Source of the DNA: Nanopusillaceae archaeon
GTDB taxonomy: Archaea > Nanobdellota > Nanobdellia > Nanobdellales > Nanobdellaceae
Reading direction: 5' to 3'
DNA length: 13,634 nt
Assembly: GCA_038735675.1 (NCBI GenBank)
Contig: JAVYNJ010000017.1
Location: forward strand, 1-13,634
This document shows, piece by piece, positions 1-6,060 of the stretch. The number at the start of each line of letters is the position of its first letter. The first letter of the stretch is position 1. Under the pieces are notes generated by a model that had not been told where the DNA came from, searched no databases, and saw only the letters and a program-made list of their open reading frames with translations. Position numbers and translations under genes: made by a program.

Positions 1-189
1 GATGGCAATATTCTCCCAGATTGTTATCTTTTACCTAAAGGAAGCAAAGCTTTAGATTTAGCGTTCAAAATTCATTCTGAAATTGCAAAGAATTTTGTTA
101 AAATTGTAGATATGAGAACTAAAAAATCTTATGGAAAAGATTATGAGCTAAAACATCTCGATGTTTTACGTATTATTACAAATAAATAA
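1..189 (+). CDS. 3' fragment (62 codons + stop) of an Obg/DRG/YchF-family translation-associated GTPase, covering the C-terminal TGS-like domain
   Basis: Frame +1 is open from the window edge to TAA at 187-189. The translation DGNILPDCYLLPKGSKALDLAFKIHSEIAKNFVKIVDMRTKKSYGKDYELKHLDVLRIITNK fits the LPxGS..D.A..IH......F..A.d.rt....G.dYeL...D pattern at the C-terminus of archaeal TGS-domain GTPases. It is missing from the ORF track because its start lies outside the window. Confidence 0.6.
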   Translation, partial: DGNILPDCYLLPKGSKALDLAFKIHSEIAKNFVKIVDMRTKKSYGKDYELKHLDVLRIITNK

Positions 190-190
190 A

Positions 191-198
191 TTTATAAA
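191..198 (+). promoter_or_regulatory. Candidate TATA box for a leaderless rpoN transcript
   Basis: TTTATAAA is centred about 27 nt upstream of the ATG at 222. That is the spacing expected for an archaeal TATA box and a leaderless mRNA, and no Shine-Dalgarno motif is present. Specificity is low in so AT-rich a background. Confidence 0.35.
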
Positions 199-221
199 AA
201 ATTTTTCGAAATTAAATAAGA

Positions 222-419
222 ATGATCTTCCCAATTAGATGTTTTAGTTGTGGAAAACCAATAGGACACCTTTGGTTTAAATATAAAGAATTATTAAATA
301 GTGGTAAGAGTCCAAAAGAAGCATTTGAAGAATTAAATATAGAAAAAATGTGTTGTAGACAGGTTTTTTTAGGTCATGTAGATTTAATAGAGACTGTAAC
401 TAAATTTAAAAAGTTTTAG
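222..419 (+). CDS. rpoN: DNA-directed RNA polymerase subunit N (Rpo10 / Rpb10 homologue)
   Basis: 65 aa. The N-terminal MIFPIRCFSCGKPIG carries the CxxC zinc motif, and the downstream MCCRQVFLGHVDLI carries the CC motif. Size and pattern are characteristic of archaeal RpoN. Confidence 0.9.
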   Translation: MIFPIRCFSCGKPIGHLWFKYKELLNSGKSPKEAFEELNIEKMCCRQVFLGHVDLIETVTKFKKF

Positions 420-489
420 GGGCCGTAGGCTAGTGGAAGGCTTCCGGGTTCGGGTCCCGGAGATCGGGGTTCAAATCCCCGCGGCCCCA
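419..489 (+). tRNA. tRNA-Pro, anticodon CGG, no intron, CCA not encoded
   Basis: Hand-folded cloverleaf: acceptor GGGGCCG/CGGCCCC, D arm GGCU-AGUGGAA-GGCU, anticodon stem CCGGG/CCCGG with loop UUCGGGU (CGG at positions 34-36, G37), 4-nt variable region AGAU, T arm CGGGG-UUCAAAU-CCCCG, discriminator A. Total length is 71 nt. Confidence 0.9.
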
Positions 490-1052
490 GAAGAGTCTAG
501 TCTTTTTATTTCAATCTTTTTATTATCAATAACTATAAAACCTCTATCCAAGAAATAATGCTTTGTGGTAAGAGTACCGGCTGAATAAGCTTTTATTAGG
601 ATTGATTTTCCAATTAAATGTGAATGTCCCAGAACGATATTAACCTTAAGTTTTCTATATTTAAAAAATCTAAAAAAATAGAGCTTCAGCAAAAGCTTTT
701 TTGATTCCAGCAAAAGCCTTTTTGATATTTTTTTAATAATCTTAGCAACTAATTTTGTAAAGTTTTCATTAATAATATTTGAGCTATCTCCATGTATAAA
801 TAGAATTTTATTTTGTATATAATAATTCTTACATTCTATTCTATATTTTTTTTCATTATCTCCACATACAACAATTATTTTTTTATTTGTAAATTTTTTT
901 AGTTTCTTAATAAACTCGTAAAAATATTCTAAATTTTCTGCTACATCCCCTAATAAAATAATTTCCTCTGGATTTTCATATTTAATTATATTATATATTT
1001 CTTCAATATTACATTTTGGATAATGAATGTCGGCTAATACTAGAATTTTCAT
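471..1052 (-). CDS. Calcineurin-like metallophosphoesterase (small, LpxH/YfcE-like architecture), substrate unknown
   Basis: 193 aa with ordered metallophosphoesterase motifs: LADIHY (DxH), LLGDV (GD), CGDNE (variant of GNHD/E), FIHGD (H), GHSH (GHxH). The last 19 nt of the ORF run antisense through the 3' part of tRNA-Pro, and its TGA stop is the complement of the T-loop. Confidence 0.75.
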   Translation of the reverse strand: MKILVLADIHYPKCNIEEIYNIIKYENPEEIILLGDVAENLEYFYEFIKKLKKFTNKKIIVVCGDNEKKYRIECKNYYIQNKILFIHGDSSNIINENFTKLVAKIIKKISKRLLLESKKLLLKLYFFRFFKYRKLKVNIVLGHSHLIGKSILIKAYSAGTLTTKHYFLDRGFIVIDNKKIEIKRLDSSGAAGI

Positions 1053-1061
1053 GAAAGTAAG

Positions 1062-1069
1062 TTTTATTA
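1062..1069 (+). promoter_or_regulatory. Candidate TATA box for dcd (leaderless)
   Basis: TTTTATTA is centred about 28 nt upstream of the ATG at 1094. Confidence 0.3.
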
Positions 1070-1074
1070 GAATG

Positions 1075-1082
1075 TTTTTAAA
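1075..1082 (-). promoter_or_regulatory. Candidate TATA box for the metallophosphoesterase gene (leaderless)
   Basis: The minus strand reads TTTAAAAA, centred about 26 nt upstream of the minus-strand ATG at 1052. It lies on the far side of the dcd TATA candidate, so the two divergent promoters interleave. Confidence 0.3.
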
Positions 1083-1093
1083 TAAATAGATTT

Positions 1094-1705
1094 ATGATTT
1101 TGTCCGATAAAAAGATAAAAGAATATATAAATAATAAAAAGATTATTGTAGAGCCTTTTGAAGAATCTTTAGTGGGTCCAGCATCTTTAGATATAAGATT
1201 GGGATTTAAATTTAGAGTATTCAAAAATATAAACAAAGAATCAATTGATATTAAAAACTATAAAGATGAAATAATATATCGCTCCGAAGAGAAAGATTAT
1301 GTTATATATCATGGAGAATATTCAGATCTGTATAATGTTAAGAGAGAAGATATTCCAATTGTTATTCATCCAGGAGAATTTATATTGGCGTCAATTTATG
1401 AATACATAGAATTACCTAAAAATATTGCTGCGCAGATAAATGGAAGATCTTCTATTGGAAGATTGGGTATTTTAGTTCATACATCTGCTGGATGGATAGA
1501 TCCAGGATATGCGGGTCATTTAACTTTGGAAATTTATAATGTTAATAAGTTTCCAATAAAATTATATCCATTAACTAAAATTGCACAAATAGTGTTTCAT
1601 GAACTAGATGAAGATGTAGAGTTTTCTTATAGAGATAGAAAAACATCCAAATATGTATTTGAGGATGGCGCTACGGAATCAAGAATATCTAGAGATTATA
1701 GATAG
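1094..1705 (+). CDS. dcd: dCTP deaminase, possibly a bifunctional dCTP deaminase/dUTPase of the archaeal MJ0430 type
   Basis: 203 aa. MILSDKKIKEYI...EPF...GPASLDIRLG, HPGEFILASIYEYIELP, AAQINGRSSIGRLGILVHTSAGWIDPGYAGHLTLEIYN and RKTSKY closely track my recollection of the dCTP deaminase/dUTPase-fold family sequence. Confidence 0.9.
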   Translation: MILSDKKIKEYINNKKIIVEPFEESLVGPASLDIRLGFKFRVFKNINKESIDIKNYKDEIIYRSEEKDYVIYHGEYSDLYNVKREDIPIVIHPGEFILASIYEYIELPKNIAAQINGRSSIGRLGILVHTSAGWIDPGYAGHLTLEIYNVNKFPIKLYPLTKIAQIVFHELDEDVEFSYRDRKTSKYVFEDGATESRISRDYR

Positions 1706-1706
1706 A

Positions 1707-2720
1707 CTATTTCATTATTTCTTTTATTAAATGATTTTTTAAACTAGGAGTTATATCATATACGTATTTTCCCCTAACTTTAGTTCTTATCAAATACTCA
1801 GATTCAACCATTCTCTTTAATATATTTGATAAAGCATGTAAGCTCATGTCGTTATATCTATCTCTTATTATTTTTAAAAGTTCATTTGCGGTTTTAGGAC
1901 CATATTTTACTATAGTTTCTGCAATATATCTTTGCTTTTCAGTTAACTTTAATATAGTATCTGGTGGTCTTTTTTCTTCATATATTTTTTCTACTACATC
2001 TAAATCTACGATTTTTTTCCCCATTTTATACGCCAATATCAAACATTCATACGATATTTTTAATATTTCTCTTGGAAAACCTCCAGCCATCTTGTAAATG
2101 CTTTCAATAGCTTCTTCAGTGAATAAATTTGGATTATTTGCATATTCTAATCTCTTTTTAATCAGAGTTTTTCCACTTTCTGGATCTAAAGATTTTAAAT
2201 ATAATTTAGTCGTAATTCTTTCATAAAAAGTTCGATGTTCACGTAATAGTCTTTCCTCTAATTCTGGTAAACCAGCAATAACAAATAGAGATTTTGTGTG
2301 ATCTATTAAAGTTTTTAGATATTCTATCATATCATCAGTTAAAAAAGTGGCTTCATCTATAAAAAACACTATTTGTTTTTTATTTATAATACTTGAACTA
2401 TTCTTTGAAAATATTTTAAATATACGATCCAAAAATGTTGAAAATCTTTTTTCGGCTTCTTTTTCAATTTCTTCTTTTTTCGAAAATGGCCTATAAAAAA
2501 ATATTTTATATTTATAATTATAGTTATTAAATACCCATAAAAGTAATGTCGTTTTTCCAGCTCCGGTTGGTCCACTTACAAAAATCAATTTTTCTTTATT
2601 GTTTAAAGCATTCATCAATTGTTCTCTTTCTGCTTTATAACCAACAAAAGTTTCTAAAATTACTTCTAATTTAAATGGGTTATCTTTAAGTCCAAAAAAA
2701 GATAGTATATCTTCACTCAT
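1707..2720 (-). CDS. AAA+ P-loop ATPase of the ExeA/AAA_22-like (or archaeal ATPase_2-like) type, fused to a C-terminal winged helix-turn-helix
   Basis: N-terminal FFGLKDNPF resembles the ExeA-family opening motif. Other motifs are Walker A GPTGAGKTT (nt 2550-2573), Walker B VFFIDEATF, and GGFPREILKISYECLILAY, which resembles the ExeA GGiPRliN helix. The C-terminal ~70 aa (YIAETIVKYGPKTANELLKII...LSNILKRMVESEYLIRTKVRGKYVYDITP) looks like a MarR-type wHTH. The ORF track starts it at 2768. I prefer Met17 (ATG at 2720) because a TATA-like element sits 21-30 nt upstream of it, whereas the longer form would start 10 nt from the tRNA-Gln gene. Confidence 0.7.
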   Translation of the reverse strand: MSEDILSFFGLKDNPFKLEVILETFVGYKAEREQLMNALNNKEKLIFVSGPTGAGKTTLLLWVFNNYNYKYKIFFYRPFSKKEEIEKEAEKRFSTFLDRIFKIFSKNSSSIINKKQIVFFIDEATFLTDDMIEYLKTLIDHTKSLFVIAGLPELEERLLREHRTFYERITTKLYLKSLDPESGKTLIKKRLEYANNPNLFTEEAIESIYKMAGGFPREILKISYECLILAYKMGKKIVDLDVVEKIYEEKRPPDTILKLTEKQRYIAETIVKYGPKTANELLKIIRDRYNDMSLHALSNILKRMVESEYLIRTKVRGKYVYDITPSLKNHLIKEIMK

Positions 2721-2740
2721 TATTAAGTATTTTTTAGATT

Positions 2741-2750
2741 TTAAATTTAA
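2741..2750. promoter_or_regulatory. Palindromic TATA-like element TTAAATTTAA between the divergent ATPase gene and tRNA-Gln
   Basis: This self-complementary 10-mer is centred 25.5 nt from the ATG at 2720 (minus) and 33.5 nt from tRNA-Gln +1 at 2779 (plus). It could serve either or both directions. Confidence 0.3.
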
Positions 2751-2778
2751 GAAAACTTTTCTAAACAAAATATATTAT

Positions 2779-2851
2779 AGCCCCGTCGTCTAGCGGCCTA
2801 GGATGCGGGGTTTTGGTCCCCGAGACCGGGGTTCAAATCCCCGCGGGGCTA
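2779..2851 (+). tRNA. tRNA-Gln, anticodon UUG, no intron, CCA not encoded
   Basis: Hand-folded cloverleaf: acceptor AGCCCCG/CGGGGCU (A1:U72 pair, which I recall as usual for archaeal tRNA-Gln), D arm GUCU-AGCGGCCUA-GGAU, anticodon stem CGGGG/CCCCG with loop UUUUGGU (UUG at positions 34-36), variable AGAC, T arm CGGGG-UUCAAAU-CCCCG, discriminator A. Total length is 73 nt. Confidence 0.9.
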
Positions 2852-2889
2852 GTAAAATTTAAATTTTAGAAATTAGTAATTTATTCTGA

Positions 2890-3501
2890 ATGGAAATATC
2901 ATACGAAATAATATTTAATTATGTTAAATCAATATCTTACATATTCCTTATAATATTAATAGGATATATTGTTGGCAGATTAACAAAATTGATTATTAAA
3001 ATATTACTTTCTAAATTTTTGGGTATAGATAAATGGTTAGAAATGAAAAATATAAAAATATTTGATGGAAAGTTTTCTAATGTAATTTCAAACCTAGTTA
3101 AAGATTTTATGTATCTTATTTTTTTCTCTTATGCTTTAATGTATAGCGATATAGAAATTTTAATTTGGATAGGAAAATTAGCATTGAGCATAATAATGAA
3201 CTTATTAGTATTAATAATTATACTGATAATAGTTCATTTATTTGCCAAAATGTTTTTAGAAGATTTTTTATCAAAAATTACATTTTTTAAAGAAATAGAA
3301 GAATTAAAAAAACCAGTATATATAATAATATACTTTGTATCGATAATTATTGCTTTAGATTATTTAGGATTATTATCAAAAGCCTTATTATATATCTTTT
3401 TGATTTCTTTCTCTGCAATAATTATTTTTATATCTATAGTTTTTGGTATAGCTTATGGTGAAAAGATAAAGGAAAAAATAAAAAATAATGAAAAAAGATA
3501 A
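2890..3501 (+). CDS. Small integral membrane protein. It has two copies of a TM-helix plus amphipathic basic segment, reminiscent of the conserved TM-helix repeat at MscS-like channel N-termini. Function is unknown.
   Basis: 203 aa with about 4-5 hydrophobic spans. The repeated pattern is ILIGYIVGRLTKLIIKILLSKFLG and LIIVHLFAKMFLEDFLSKITF. A TATA-like AAATTTAAATTTTA lies about 28 nt upstream of the ATG. The ORF overlaps the next gene by 14 nt. Confidence 0.55.
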   Translation: MEISYEIIFNYVKSISYIFLIILIGYIVGRLTKLIIKILLSKFLGIDKWLEMKNIKIFDGKFSNVISNLVKDFMYLIFFSYALMYSDIEILIWIGKLALSIIMNLLVLIIILIIVHLFAKMFLEDFLSKITFFKEIEELKKPVYIIIYFVSIIIALDYLGLLSKALLYIFLISFSAIIIFISIVFGIAYGEKIKEKIKNNEKR

Positions 3502-4624
3502 GCTTGTTATAGCAATATATTCTTTTTTTACCAGTCTGAGTTATTCTTTGATGTTATATTCTATTAGAAATTTTGGATATAATGATGTATATTATAGTTA
3601 TTTTTTAACATGTGTTAATTTTGGAATTCTTTTTTCATCTTTGGTGTACGGAAATATAAAAATAAATGAAAAAAACTATTTTTTATATAATTTTATAGGA
3701 TTTTTTGCAATATTACTTTCTTTTTTCTTTTTATACTATGCCGAGAACTTCTTTTATCTACTATTATCATCTATATTTATGTATTTTTTAGGATCTTCAA
3801 TTAATTTTATTATAATTAGATCTAAAAAAGATATAAGTTTATATTATTATTTTTCTTTATATGGATTATTTGGATTATTAGCAATTCAAATTTTCTTATT
3901 TCTTAATTTGAATTTTAAAATTATTGTTTTATTATCTTTTTTCTTCGTATTTTTATCTATAATTTTCTTGTTTTCTTTTTACTTTAAAAAGCTTCTTAAG
4001 ATATTATTTTATTATTTTGCCGAAGAGTATGGTATTTTGGCAACAACAGAAAAAATATTAAATTATATAGAGAATGAAGATGGAAGTGATTTATTTAGAT
4101 TTGTAGGAAAACCTTCTAAAATATCAATAATAAATTTTATAATCGCCTTTTTTTATCTTATTTATTGGACAGCTTTAATAACGATTTCTTCAGCATATAA
4201 TACTTTTTTTCCAATTTTTCTTTTTCTAAATAATTTAGGTTTAACCGTATCTTATAAAATATTACCTAAAAAGGAAAATAATTCAGATCTTTTTTTAAAT
4301 TCTTTATATGGCTTAATTTTAAGATTTTTTGGGGTATTATTTTTGCTTTTCGTTTATAATATTGGTTTTTATAATGTTCTTCTTCTTAGTTTATTTTATC
4401 TTTTAGCTTCTATTTCTTGGGGCATATTTTCATTTTATATGGATGATTATATATTGAATAAAAAAGAAAATGAGTATGGTTTCGTATCTTTTTTTAGAAA
4501 TTTAGCTGCTATTTTGGGATCTATTTTTGTAGGAATTTTTGGTATAGAATTATCTTTAATTTTTTCTATTTTCGTTTTCCTTCTAATATTAATTTTAATA
4601 TTTATTTTTAGAAAATATATATAA
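3488..4624 (+). CDS. Polytopic membrane protein, possibly an MFS-type transporter (two hydrophobic halves split by a central soluble loop)
   Basis: 378 aa, almost entirely hydrophobic helices (about 10-12), with a hydrophilic loop FAEEYGILATTEKILNYIENEDGSDLFRFVGKPSK near the middle. I recognise no catalytic motifs. Confidence 0.55.
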   Translation: MKKDKLVIAIYSFFTSLSYSLMLYSIRNFGYNDVYYSYFLTCVNFGILFSSLVYGNIKINEKNYFLYNFIGFFAILLSFFFLYYAENFFYLLLSSIFMYFLGSSINFIIIRSKKDISLYYYFSLYGLFGLLAIQIFLFLNLNFKIIVLLSFFFVFLSIIFLFSFYFKKLLKILFYYFAEEYGILATTEKILNYIENEDGSDLFRFVGKPSKISIINFIIAFFYLIYWTALITISSAYNTFFPIFLFLNNLGLTVSYKILPKKENNSDLFLNSLYGLILRFFGVLFLLFVYNIGFYNVLLLSLFYLLASISWGIFSFYMDDYILNKKENEYGFVSFFRNLAAILGSIFVGIFGIELSLIFSIFVFLLILILIFIFRKYI

Positions 4625-6060
4625 TGGAAGTTATAAAAGTGTCTGAAAATATATACGAAATTCCAAAGAGGGAGAGAATGAATGTTCCAGTTAGAATATA
4701 CGCTTCAGACAAACTTTTAGAAAAAATGAAAGAAGATAAAACGTTAATACAAGCATCTAATGTTGCTAAATTGCCAGGAATCAGAAATTGGGCCGTAGTT
4801 CTTCCAGATGGTCATGAAGGATACGGTTTTCCAGTCGGAGGTGTAGCTGCCTTTGATCTAAAAGAAGGGATTATTTCTCCCGGAGGAATAGGTTATGATA
4901 TTAATTGTGGTGTTAGAATACTTAGAACAAATTTAAATCAGGAAGAAATAAAATCAAGATTAAAAAACATTGTAGAAGAAATATTTAGAAATGTTCCAGC
5001 TGGAGTAGGAGAAACAGGACATTTAAAATTATCCATCGGAAAATTTAGAGAAGCTGTTGAAGAAGGATTAGAGTGGACTTATAGAGAAGGATATGCATGG
5101 AAAGAAGATATAGATTCTGTAGAATCTTATGGAAAATTAGAAAATGCTAGTTTAGACGCAGTTTCAGATCTCGCGATAAGAAGAGGTTTAGAACAATTCG
5201 GAACTTTAGGATCGGGTAATCATTTTTTAGAAATACAAGTTGTTGATAAAATTTTTGATTTAGAATTAGCTAAATATCTAGGAATAGAAAAGGAGGGACA
5301 AGTAACAGTTATGATCCATACAGGATCTAGAGGATTTGGCCATCAAATCGCTACAGATTATATAGATTTATTTATGAAAAAATATAGGGAAATTATCAAA
5401 ATTTTACCAGATAGAGAATTAATTTATGCTCCATTTAGTTCTGAAGAAGGTCAAAGATATTGGAAAGCGATGGCTGCAGCAGCAAATTTTGCTTGGATCA
5501 ATAGACAGATAATTACTTATTGGATCCGTAGATCTTTTGAAAGAATATTTAAGGCCTCTCCAGAAGATTTAGGATTGTATACAATATACGATGTTGCTCA
5601 TAATATTGCAAAAATAGAAACTCATTTAATTGATGGAAAAAAAGAAAAAGTTATAGTTCATAGAAAAGGAGCTACTAGAGCTTTTCCACAAAATCATGAA
5701 GATCTACCAGAAAAGTATAAAAAAATTGGACAGCCAGTATTGATACCAGGATCAATGGGTACAGCATCCTATATTTTAATTGCAGGTGCTAATTCTATGG
5801 AACTCTCTTTTGGATCCTCTGCGCATGGAGCTGGCAGAATGATGTCTAGAGCAGCAGCTAAGAAATCTTTTACTTATACAGAAATTATAAGAAGATTTGA
5901 AAGAGAAGGAATTATGGTGAGATCTACAACTAAAGAAGGTGTAATAGAAGAAGTTCCAGAAGCCTATAAGAATATAGATGAAGTAGTGAGAGTAACTCAT
6001 GATCTTGGAATATCTAAAATAGTAGTTAAGTTAAGGCCAATTGCAGTTATAAAAGGTTAA
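4624..6060 (+). CDS. rtcB: RNA-splicing ligase RtcB (3'-phosphate/5'-hydroxyl tRNA ligase)
   Basis: 478 aa with hallmark RtcB blocks: PDGHEGYGFPVGG, GYDINCGVR (metal-binding Cys), GSGNHFLEIQ, HTGSRGFGHQ, and SSAHGAGR (the His that is guanylylated). It is contiguous with no intein-sized insertion. Its ATG shares one base with the upstream TAA (TAATG). Confidence 0.95.
   Translation: MEVIKVSENIYEIPKRERMNVPVRIYASDKLLEKMKEDKTLIQASNVAKLPGIRNWAVVLPDGHEGYGFPVGGVAAFDLKEGIISPGGIGYDINCGVRILRTNLNQEEIKSRLKNIVEEIFRNVPAGVGETGHLKLSIGKFREAVEEGLEWTYREGYAWKEDIDSVESYGKLENASLDAVSDLAIRRGLEQFGTLGSGNHFLEIQVVDKIFDLELAKYLGIEKEGQVTVMIHTGSRGFGHQIATDYIDLFMKKYREIIKILPDRELIYAPFSSEEGQRYWKAMAAAANFAWINRQIITYWIRRSFERIFKASPEDLGLYTIYDVAHNIAKIETHLIDGKKEKVIVHRKGATRAFPQNHEDLPEKYKKIGQPVLIPGSMGTASYILIAGANSMELSFGSSAHGAGRMMSRAAAKKSFTYTEIIRRFEREGIMVRSTTKEGVIEEVPEAYKNIDEVVRVTHDLGISKIVVKLRPIAVIKG

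Noticed and set aside
465-484. An exact 20-nt direct repeat CGGGGTTCAAATCCCCGCGG, also present at 2827-2846. It brackets the metallophosphoesterase-dcd-ATPase block and could suggest att sites of a tRNA-integrated element or a defence island (dCTP deaminase and ATPase families do occur in defence systems).
   Set aside because: The repeat is simply the shared GC-rich T-arm of two complete tRNAs with different identities. There is no integrase, no partial tRNA duplicate and no compositional shift. The dcd is housekeeping-sized and collinear with my recollection of MJ0430, without the extra domains of defence deaminases. The three genes are on alternating strands, so they are not an operon.
1846-2097. 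An 83-aa plus-strand ORF in the track. The same applies to the other embedded track ORFs: 2384-2575(-), 5776-6000(-), 8166-8441(-), 8931-9203(-) and 11069-11365(-).
   Set aside because: Each lies entirely inside a longer ORF with strong motif support, either antisense to it or (2384-2575) on the same strand in a different frame. The translations are low-complexity, S/F/I/L-rich mirror images of Lys/Glu/Asn-rich coding sequence. AT-rich genomes generate such shadow ORFs by chance.
419-2851. tRNA introns, split tRNA halves or permuted tRNAs.
   Set aside because: Both tRNAs fold as uninterrupted 71-nt and 73-nt cloverleaves with standard 7-nt anticodon loops. There is no bulge-helix-bulge motif.
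1707-2889. A replication origin next to the Orc/Cdc6-shaped ATPase.
   Set aside because: Flanking non-coding DNA is far too short: a 1-nt gap on one side and 58 bp plus a tRNA on the other. I could see no repeated ORB-like boxes or extended AT-rich unwinding region.
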